Origin: Dipteris shenzhenensis
Lineage: Eukaryota
Assembly (NCBI GenBank): GCA_047967505.1
Contig: CM106538.1
Direction: 5' to 3' (one strand)
Length of the DNA stretch: 64,000 nucleotides
Part shown: positions 54,520 through 64,000 of the stretch, piece after piece
How positions within the stretch are numbered: position 1 is the first letter of the stretch
Layout: each line of letters starts with the position of its first letter
Program-made: the position numbers and the translations under genes
Notes under the pieces: generated by a model
Database searches by the model: none
Told to the model about the DNA's origin: nothing
What the model saw: only the letters and a program-made list of their open reading frames with translations

Positions 54520-55120
54520 CACTACTACATATGGGCCTTGTTTCGACAATTAAACGTCGACGTTTAGCACACGCGGTGCGCTAATTGTCGATATGTACAA
54601 TGGGATTAATAAAGTCAATATATACCGACCTTTGACAGAAGTGTTAATGGTCGGTATATACCGACTCATAAGGTCAGTATAATATATCGACTAATAACCA
54701 AAGTGTAATGGTAAGTATATACCAACTTTGTGAAGCTTTCCTATACCGACCTTCAACAAGAGTGTTTTCCCTATACTGACCTTTAACAAAGAGTGTTTCC
54801 TAATGACAAAGAAATTTTATTTTCATACATGTTTGATCCTTTGAAAGAATAAAAATACAAGAGCATGTACATCAAGTTTGAAGCTCATATATTCATGTCC
54901 AAGTTTGAGATGAAAAAACTCAATCAAGAGCATTTACATCAACGGCTTCATCTTGAGCCAAGTCCTGTGGGCCAAACAAGTCTATCTCCAACTGTATACC
55001 TAGTTGATCTCCTATATCATCATCATACTCTGGCATCCTATGTTCACCTAAGACTTGATCTTGTAATTCCCCTTCTTTAATAAAGTCGGGTGATTCTTGA
55101 TCCTCATCTTCTTCCTTAAT
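54520..55120 (-). mobile_element. CACTA element terminus, same family as the one at 21005
   Basis: CACTACTACATATGGGCCTT at 54520, subterminal TATACCGAC repeats, and 54801-55100 closely matching 21260-21500. Confidence 0.8.
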
Positions 55121-56039
55121 GTAGTGATGGAAAGCAACATGCAACTATCTTCATGTCAAATTTTATGGATCAGTCAAGACCCATCGCTTCACATACATGA
55201 TCATGATAGCAACGCTTGTAGGAGAGGGATGCAAATCCACAAACCATCAAAATAGTAGTAATGCAAAGGAAGCTTGAGGGGTGGACGGAAGCATCCCAAC
55301 GGTGTCTTAGGATGATGCTACTATGGCTCTATCGAGAGAGTGGTTGTGGCATGATCTCTTCTTTATAATCAAAACTACAACATTGGCTCAATGTTAAACC
55401 AAAAAACAATCACCAAACATTGACTATGGTGCAACCCACCAAGTTGGAGGGACTAGATAAAAGAATCTAGCAACAGAACTCGAGGATTAGGAAAATCGTA
55501 TGCCAGTAGAAGAAGGATTGGAACCCATAAACATAGAAGCAATAGAAGAATCCGATGAGTACCAATAGTTCAACAATACCCATTGTAGCCCACAGTGTCC
55601 GAATCTAGCAACACCTCAAGGGGTAGTGGAACCATGATGCTATGAGAAGTGCTAGAATAGGCCGAATAGAGGCATAAAGCGAGTAGAGCCAAAATTCCAG
55701 ACGTATTCTCAATATTTGAGGATTTAGCAAGACCAAGTATAGAACTAAACCCACTTTGAGAGTTCAATTTTGGAAGATTGAGAGTTCAATTTTGGAAGAT
55801 TGATAGTTCAATTTTGGATGATTGAACATTGCGATTTCATTAAAGTTGGCAAGCAAATAGATCCAGTAAGCCAATTCCACCCAACAATATACTTAAATCC
55901 AATCAAATCAAAGACCTTGGTAAGTCAACTAAATATGCTTTCCCCTTGGAACATGATAAGCTAGTTGAATTCAAACACACAAATTAATTCAACAACTCAG
56001 TCCAATTTGGTAATGCAATTAACTCCAAAAGGAGTAGTT

Positions 56040-56760
56040 AATCCACTAGTGCCACAAGTTCCAAAAGTGCCAGTAGTTCCAGTAGTGCCACAAGTGCCAC
56101 TAGTTATAGTAGTGCCACCAGTGCCACCAGTGCTAATAGTGCCACTAGTTCCACTAGTACCACCATTCCAACGGTTCCACCAACTCACCCAATGAATCTG
56201 AACACATCAAGCCTGAAGTGTTAGTTCACAAAATTTAAGGGCTGAAACAAGGATGATCTGGATAGCCATGTGGTGTATTTTGAGATCCAATGGCAGGCGA
56301 GTGGCTTTGACATTACATTTGGTGATCCAAAATAATTATAGTAGTTTGCAAGTACCCTTAGCATGGGGCTATGAGCTAGTTTAGCTTGCAGACTATGAGG
56401 AACTGAAGATAGATTTCCTACACAGGTCCTGTAAGGAGAGAAGACCAAATAAGATTCGCAAGAAGTTGTGAGAGCTTCGCTAGAAGAAACTGATGGTGGA
56501 ATACTATGCACAGAAGTTTCAAAGCCTCTATGAATGGTTAGATGTTGTGGAAAGACCCGCAACTGACACGCTGAGTGGTAGAGTGCTTCTATGAGAAATT
56601 ATGAAAAGGAATTCGTAGTGTAGAGAGTGGATTGGAGATCCAAGGCTAGAAAGGATTTAATGACTTGGTGGATGCTGCTAGAAAAGCAGAGCAAAGGTGC
56701 GGATTGTTTAAAAGCTGATCCAGGGATTATGAATTGGATAGTTGGTGAGACTCGAAGATA
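56040..56760 (+). pseudogene. Degenerate gypsy-like gag remnant preceded by a 9-bp GTGCCA(C/G)-type repeat tract
   Basis: KFKG.NKDDLDSHVVYFEIQW and YEELKIDFL-like pieces across frames; heavily decayed. Confidence 0.4.
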
Positions 56761-56856
56761 AAAGAATTTGACAGTAACAAGGACGATGATACATAATTAA
56801 AGAGTGAAAATTTTGCATTAGGGAAGAATCGGGGTCTCCAAAGGGCCCCCAATTAG

Positions 56857-57208
56857 TGTTGAGATATTGAGCTCCACTCGTGATATGCCAGGGTGACCGT
56901 TGTGCATTTATATCACCGACTTGTTAGCTACAGATCGGTTGGTACACCGCCCATGAATAATAGCTGGATGACAGCTATCTTTATGTACTCTAGCTAGTGG
57001 CTCAGTTAGTATGCCACCTTAGCTAGTTGACTTTGGTTTGAGACCCACATATAGGGTTCACCTATTCTTTTGTACTTAGAGTTCTTTTGGCTTTCACAAC
57101 TAAGAAGAGGAAAACTATTTTTAGCCTCCACCTTTGTGTATATTCCCCCATTGTGTATGTGAGAAAGCTACAAGTGAGACTCCTTCCTTCTCTCCCACTC
57201 TCTTCACA
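56857..57208 (+). repeat. Solo LTR of copia family B with TSD ATTAG
   Basis: TGTTGAGATAT...TCTTCACA, flanked by ATTAG at 56852-56856 and 57209-57213. Confidence 0.95.
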
Positions 57209-57923
57209 ATTAGTGTTTCCTAATTTGAAGGGATTAGTGAGGTATTTGAGGTGTACCAATGGGAGTGCTCCTTTTTGTGGGGCAATGCCATGTCGAGGTG
57301 GAGGGTGGGCAAACCTACAAACAGCCCCTATTGGCTACTCCTCTTACACCGGGGACCACTCAAACCATCCCCCCTCTCCCCCCTCAACCCATGCTTGACC
57401 CTTCTCCCATATGCACCTCCCCCAAACAAACCTACAAGTCATTCAAGAGGTGGTGGGCCCTTCTGGGCAAATTTTTTCCCCTTCTCAGCTTGTTACAAGC
57501 CTGCCCCCTCCTCTTCTCTGGTCCAACTCCATTCTCCCTCCATTTTTTCAAACGTGGGAACTCATTTGGCATCTTCTTTACCCCCTCATACTTTGTCCAT
57601 TGTCTTTCTCCCTCTCTAGCACCTCCTGTAGTAGCTACTCATTCTTTCTCCATTCCTAGTTACAGCAACTCCTATAGCAGTAGTTGCTCATCCCCCTCTT
57701 CTCTTTCTCCCTCTATTCCTAGCTACAGTACCTCCTGTAGTGGCTGCTCATCCCCCTCTGCTCTTTCTCCCTCCATTCCTAGCTACAGCACCCCTTGGAG
57801 CTTCTCTCAACCTTCAGTTGCACCCTCTATACCTTCTCCCTCTCTCTCCCTCTATCGAAGCTGCTCTCACCCTCCAACCTGCACTTTCTAATCCACTATT
57901 GCTACTCTGACCTCTGTACAAGC

Positions 57924-60851
57924 ATGGTGAGGAGACCATACATGTACTTTGTGTCCCATAGGAGCAAAGATGCACTAGGTGAATGGGTGCCTTGCACCTA
58001 CAACTTGAATGATTGGATACTAATGAGAGGATCTGCCAAGGGTCACATAAGCTTCCCAGCGTGGGAAGAAAGGATGGCTTGCAAAGGTGCAACACATCTA
58101 CATGGGGAAGGACATGCGCCTTCCTCCGTTAAGCAATCAATCGACAATACCATCGCATTGTAAGTCTGCATTTTGTGTAAGATTTTGAAGTGTAATGAGT
58201 CAGTTTGAAATTGTACTTTGAAATAGAACCAGTGCAATGAGTCAGTTTGAAATTGTATTTTGAAATAGCACTTGTGCATAGCAGATGTATTTCCTTCAGA
58301 CTTTGAGGAGTGGGAACCACAGTCGAGTGCTTCTTAGGTAAGTTTACTACCATTCATGAGGATTTAGGAAGGCAAATGCATGCTGGAGAGAAGTCCTCTA
58401 CTTTGAAACATAGAAATATCTATTGGTATAATGCCAAGTACATTACTCCAAGGACGGCATTAGGCTATGGCCATCTTCAATGCATTGCAACACCACAACT
58501 TGAAGGCATGGATTGCAGCATGGCGGACACAAGAACAGTGCAATCATACAAGGAAAAGATTGCAAAGGATGTGGGCATGGCCATGAAGTTTACATTTGGC
58601 TCTAAATGGGCAAGGTTGTCTTGAATTATGCCTCTGCACATTTTTTCTTCTTGTTTTTAGAATATCCAGATGCACATAACAAAAACCATGTGGTCATGCA
58701 AGTGCCTACATGAGAATGCCCTTCAGAAATTGCTTGGGGTGAATTGGGGAAGTAGGTCAGGTGAATGCCATGTATGTAAGGAGAATGCGGTTGTCAAGTA
58801 TCACATCACCTACTAAATGTTATATTTTGCTTTCCAATATAGGAGCTAGAAGAAAACAAGTGGCAATCGACTCTCCCTTGACTCTAACGACGATGATAAT
58901 ACAGGGGTAAGTTTATGTATTGTCTCTCATTTAGGAGATGTCAAGAATGTGACTGTCACATCACAGTGGATTCTTAGGGACATGCGGGAACACCTATTAG
59001 TCATGGAGGATGGCATGTTTGAGTCCTTTCACTTTACCTTAAATGGTGAAAAGGTAGGAAAGAGTGTAGAGAAGCTCGTGCATAGTGCCACTTTTATCCC
59101 TCCTGCATTATTGAAGATTGTAAACAATGTAGGGTGGAACAATTGTGGATTTTCACGTTTTCTAATTAGTAATGGTGCAACTAATTTTGATGTTTTGAAT
59201 GGTTTTGTTTCATGTCAATGTCAAGTTTTTCCCAAAAAATTTATAATTCTTTTTATTTTTTATATTTAGAACATTTGGGCATATATAGGTTATAAAGTTA
59301 CTTTAGTTTCAAAGTTTCACTATCATAGCCATAGTTCTCCTAGCTACCAAACTACCATGGATTTGCTAGGTCTGCCTTCCACAATTTCATCTCCCATACT
59401 CCCTTAATTGTTTGATAGAGAGGAGGAGTTATTTCCAGTCTTTGATAAGAGCATAAATGTCCTAGGCACCTACTTGGGAGCTCGAGACAATTTTGAAGTC
59501 CTCATCAAGTACATGCAAGACCACATCGCAAGTTTTGCATATCAACTTGATAAGTCTACAAAAAGATGGGTCCCAATTGATTATTTGAAGTACTTGTTCA
59601 ATCAAGAACCCAAGTTCGTGAAGCATTTAGATCGCTTTCGAGCCGAGCTCACACCCCTAGGGTTTAGGGAGGTGGACACTGATGACCTCCTAGCATGCGG
59701 AGTCGTCGAAAACATAGGAAATAGGTTCATATCCTAGGAAATGACCTTTATTTTCCTTCTCTCGAAGGGACAAATGTAAGAGGAGGCCTCGACCTCAATC
59801 CCTGACCCTACCCCTGCCCTTTTCGATCCTCTTATTTTTGTAGATGAGCCCAACATCTACAATGAAGAGCCCATAGATGAAGAAGCTAAGGAACAGGAAG
59901 CTACATTGGCCTTGGAAGTGCTCCAGTGACCTCTTGAACCCCATTCTACTTCTCAAATTCCATCCACCTCGGGCACCACCTCTGTTGACCCCGCAATAGT
60001 GATATGGTTTCTTGCTCCACTTCTTGTTGATGGAGAACAATACCTCTCTCTCCATGACATAGAGGTTATGTTTGGTCTCCAGGAGGATGAAGCTCTTGGT
60101 GTCCTGTGTGGATATGAGGTGGACACGACTATGTAAGAACCTGAGTTTTGGGGAGCGGATGATTCAATAGAAGAAGTTCTTGCTTTAACACTGGCCCAAA
60201 TCAAAGATGCAAAGACATCAATCTACTCTGACCTACCTGATGTTCCAGAAGAAGCCTCCACATCTCACTCCAGATAGCAGGATGCCTCTGGATCCATCCT
60301 CATTAACAAAGAGGAAGGGATTGAGCATGATGACTCCATAGTAGTAAGAAACTATGAGCTTTGAATTTTTTCTCTCTTGGTATACTTTTGCTTTAATGGA
60401 ATTGTAATGTAATGTTGGACTGTTGCAGGAGGCATTTGAGGTCGACCTATTCTCATCTCGGCAATGCCTTGTTCATAGTAGATTTAGCCGAGATCACTCA
60501 CTGGCACATTACCTTGGCCAAGCAAAAGGGCACTTTGTGGTTATCCACAAAAAGTTTTCTCCACATGGCATTGATGACCTCCTGAAGTGCAAGGTTTTGT
60601 CATGAGTGATTGGTCATGTTGACATCAATCGCAATGCTGACAAGGTCATTATGGTGAATCGCATGGCTACCCTCAATGCCTTTGGAACCAATTTTCAAGG
60701 TATGGCATTGATGGTAGCAGCCATGTCCTTGGCCAGCAACAACAATAGCATTGAATCTCTATCGAGAGCTAGGAGTGTATTTGGGAATTCAAAGCCCGAT
60801 GTTCTCGGTGCTTTAGAGAAGAGAGAAAGGCTTTGGAGCCTTATTGTATAG
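57924..60851 (+). pseudogene. Gene X copy 2: multi-exon gene of unknown family, decayed
   Basis: Series of plus-strand coding blocks separated by AT-rich GT-AG introns (e.g. GTAAGT at 58160; TTGCAG acceptor at 60428). The last exons are homologous to 18951-19900. Exon boundaries are approximate. Confidence 0.65.
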
Positions 60852-61307
60852 AAATTTTATTTTATATGAATACAGATATACTTTTTATATAGTGCCTCAT
60901 TTTGTATTCTTTTACAAAATTTATTTTATACTGTCATTGTATTTTGTAACTTTAATTGTTGTTGGCATTAATATTTTCATTCACTATTCTATTCAAAAGC
61001 ATGCTATCAGATAAATATTTGCACTATAATGGTCATTTCTGAGCAATCCAGGAAGAATATCACTGCATGGTAGAAGGCAAATGTGTTCGGCATTGTGCGG
61101 GAAGCTCCTTCTGCCACCATGGTGAAAAAACATCATTTGACCACTCAAATTCACACTGAACTTGCATAAACTGATGGAAAGCATCACGTAACATGTATAA
61201 TAACATGGGAACAGTAATAGAACATAAAAATATCTTTTATTCATTGGCCTCAAAGGACAAAGATTTACAAAATGATTTAGGTTACACCAAATCAACGTAA
61301 ACAACGT

Positions 61308-62347
61308 CTAGAGCCTAAGGGAGGGATCGGAGCGATTGCACTTGGCGAGTGCAAGGTCCTTGTCCATCACTGTTACTCTTTTGGCATGGATAGCACATAA
61401 GTTTGCATCTTCAAAAAGACATATTGTCATCTGCTCCATTGCCTCCTAAATTGCTCCCATAGTGCCTGAAGTGAAACGCACATCATCCTTGTAATGCTGT
61501 GCTATTTCTCGTACAACACGCTAGAAGGGTTCACGAGGAATGAGATTGTCCATAGTGGTTTGGAACTTGTGGATCTCCTGAAGTGCCTTCATGCCTGATT
61601 TTTTGCGCCTCTTAATCTTTGGGGACCCTGCACTGGCCTCTGGACATGGCCCCATGGCCCCTTGTCTACTTTGAACTTCTTTCGCCTCTCCTCCCTTGCA
61701 ACCTACTCTTTAGACTCCTCTTCCTGTGTCTGGTGGGTCCTTCGAGGTGGCTTGTCGCGCCTAGGGATCTTCTTTGTCCTTGGTCTCTTTTCCTTTTCAT
61801 GAGGCTGTGAGACAACAGGCTAAGGCTCTTGCTCAACTCGTATTAGAGGCTACTCATATGTGATAATATCAAGGCACAAAGGGTTGATGGTGCTCTTCCA
61901 TGTGGTCTGCTTGGTTGGAGGATTGGGGCCAAGGTTCATTATATCTACGAGCCTGCCAAATACTTCCTCTTGTTGTGGCCCCTATAATCTCTACATCTCC
62001 TCTCTTTGCCTTTCTTTCTCCCCTTGTTGGTCTAGATGCTCCATGCCAGGACCCCACGGAGGAGGGAGGGGTAGTTGATCACGATTGAATGGACTATTTT
62101 GCCCCTCTTGGGAGACCTCTCTACTTCCATGGTTAGTTGTGTGGAAGGATTGAGAGGACCCCTGATCATGCTTGGATCCTTCATCGTGCTGGGATTCCTC
62201 ATGGTGCTGAGATCCCTGGGATCCCCCATGAGAGTTGGATGGTGGGGACTTGTGTTGCTTGGACTCCTGATGATGAGAACCGCCTTCAAATCCCTACTGA
62301 TCATTGCCCTCTTGGCCACTAGGGCTTACAGTGTGTTCGGAGGCCAT
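61308..62347 (-). pseudogene. Divergent histone H3-like gene with long non-canonical N-terminal extension (histone fold ~61308-61610)
   Basis: Manual translation: [89 protein letters not shown], gap-free against H3 (ALREIRKYQ...LPFQRLVREIAQ...[26 protein letters not shown]). The start ATG is tentative. Confidence 0.9.
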
Positions 62348-62452
62348 GGAGTTGTGAGGAGAAGAACGGGTAGCATCTAAACGGTGTCTAGTGGGTCCAG
62401 TAGTTTGTTTAACTCATGCCATAGAAATGAGGGATTTTAAGGTTTTGAAGTG

Positions 62453-62506
62453 CTTTATATAGTCTTTTTTAAAGCACTTTAGGGTTTTTATTTTAAATTA
62501 GGGTTT
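62453..62506 (-). promoter_or_regulatory. Putative promoter of the H3-like gene: TATA box plus two telo-boxes
   Basis: Minus-strand CTATATAAAG (62453-62462) ~110 bp upstream of ATG 62347; AAACCCTAA at 62479-62487 and 62498-62506. Confidence 0.6.
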
Positions 62507-62701
62507 TTTGAGTGCACCCCCTCCCCCCCAGTCTTTTGTTGCCAGTTCAGTAATACTTAATCTTCACAACCCTCCCTCCCAACCCACTCACCCCTCTGCC
62601 TTGCCATGTCACACATGCAATTCTGCAATTTCCAAACAAATTTATGAATTTTGGAATCTATAATTGACTCAAAATAGTGTTAACTTTATTCATCAAACAT
62701 T

Positions 62702-64000
62702 TTATATTTGGGGCTCTCTTAGGACCCAACGCCTTCCCTGTTTGACTCTATGTTGCAACCAAAGCGCAACCCCTTGGCTCCCTATTGAGGACTTCCAAGC
62801 AACACATCTCCTTGTCTTCTTGACATGTTGAACCGCTTTTGTGGGACTTAAGACCTCTACCTTATTGCGCTTGAGAGTCCTAGCCTCTAGACATCTATAA
62901 AACCAATCGAACATTTTGTATAGTATATTGCTTCGCGCAATACTACCCCCCATGCCTTGTAATTTTGAAATGTACTACAAATCAAGCTTCACATCTGCCG
63001 CGAATTGCTACTTTGAGAGCAAAACTATGGACAAAGCTTGATGCATTTATAAAGTTGCTTAGATAAGGTAAAAAAGATGAGCTTTATTATGAGAGATTTA
63101 GGACAACATTGGGAGAATCCATATCATTGATGGTAGAAGCATGGGGGGAGTCACATATTACACATTACATGGTAATCCTCCTTAGGTTCAAATTTTGTGC
63201 TTTAAACTTGAGTCAGTTTATGTTTCTAATACAATGTTTTTCTTTACAGCATATTCTTTGCACACATGCACCATGGTTTGTGGAGTAATGGGGCCCTTTG
63301 TCCATTTGGAATACTCAAGGACTAGAGAAATTGCACTACAGAGCAAAGGTAGCAAATCACACAGAGCTTTCCAGTACTCCCAACCTAGGGTGCTTTGAGC
63401 CAATGTATGTTTTTCTTTATCAGCATTGTGGTTGAACAAGAACCTCCTTGCCTTTCCTCCACCCATGGACACTTTAGTAGGAAGATTTTGTGTCTTTCCT
63501 AATTGTTTCTTGTCCTAATTAAGCTTCACATTGCCTTCGTGAAGTCCCATTAATGAGAGTAGTTCTTCAGCTTTTGCAATGCATTGTGTAGATACTTGAT
63601 GTGGCCTCAAATTCCAAGCATAAACTAGATGGAGATAGAGTAACTTATCAAGTATACATAGTTCAGCATGCAAAGTACACACGTGTACCCACTCCAATGG
63701 AATTGGTAGAATGGGATCCCACTTAGGATCCTTTTTGTGATGATCAGGGGTTGTACTTTGGTTGCAAGAAAGGATGCCATTTTCCCAATATAGGCTTCCC
63801 TTTTGCATCTTCTAAGAGTGGGTGCAATACAAGCCTGTCCATTTTGCATCTACACTTGTGTCACAACCATACAAGCACTTGAGGGTCTTCAAATCACCAG
63901 CTAGATGCCATTCAACTTGAAACATTCCATGCACATCCACTATTAATGTTTGCCTTACCTCTTGTCTTCGAATAATCGACGGGATGCCGGTTCTCTCCAA
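62702..64000 (-). pseudogene. RAG1/Transib-like DDE transposase, C-terminal half (5' part beyond window; 62974-63352 inverted)
   Basis: Minus strand: WHLAGDLKTLKCLYG...KWTGLYC and HVCTLHAELCILDKLL. Inverted plus-strand segment: WGESHITHYM^HILCTHAPWFVE*WGPLSIWNTQGLEKLH, with intron 63172-63249. Confidence 0.8.

Noticed and set aside
54568-54600. CAC-starting RSS/Transib-like terminus (also at 21056) for the RAG1-like element
   Set aside because: Both lie ~50 bp inside CACTACTACA termini and belong to the CACTA family.
61308-61610. Calling the H3-like gene CENH3
   Set aside because: The long divergent tail and FEDA are CENH3-like. However, loop 1 has canonical H3 length, F84 is kept and position 68 looks like a mutated Gln codon, all H3-type. 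No introns were seen in the fold.
62479-62506. Interstitial telomere remnant
   Set aside because: Only two isolated TTAGGGTTT units next to a TATA box; better read as telo-box promoter elements.
63218-63472. 84 aa ORF as a real protein
   Set aside because: It is chimeric: only the first part is transposase, and the rest is the antisense of the inverted segment.

Overview
Repeat-dense eukaryotic (land-plant) genomic DNA; the taxon cannot be fixed from sequence alone. There is one intact-looking host gene, a 5-exon OPR3-type 12-oxophytodienoate reductase (24547-26256, +). It sits among nested transposons: at least four Ty1/copia families (one very young, with LTRs identical by eye and a GCTAC target-site duplication), a hAT transposase split by a copia, two CACTA ends, LINE ORF1 fragments, solo LTRs and a gypsy-like gag remnant. 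The most striking feature is at the right end (about 57.9-64 kb) and is largely invisible in the ORF track. It is a decayed three-gene module made of (1) a spliced gene of unknown family, with a second diverged copy at 19 kb; (2) a divergent histone H3 gene with a long replaced N-terminal tail and its own TATA/telo-box promoter; and (3) a RAG1/Transib-like DDE transposase whose Zn/catalytic segment is hidden by a ~380 bp internal inversion and an intron. Together these suggest a RAG1-like DNA transposon that carries its own histone H3 variant. All alignments were done by eye and no database searches were run.
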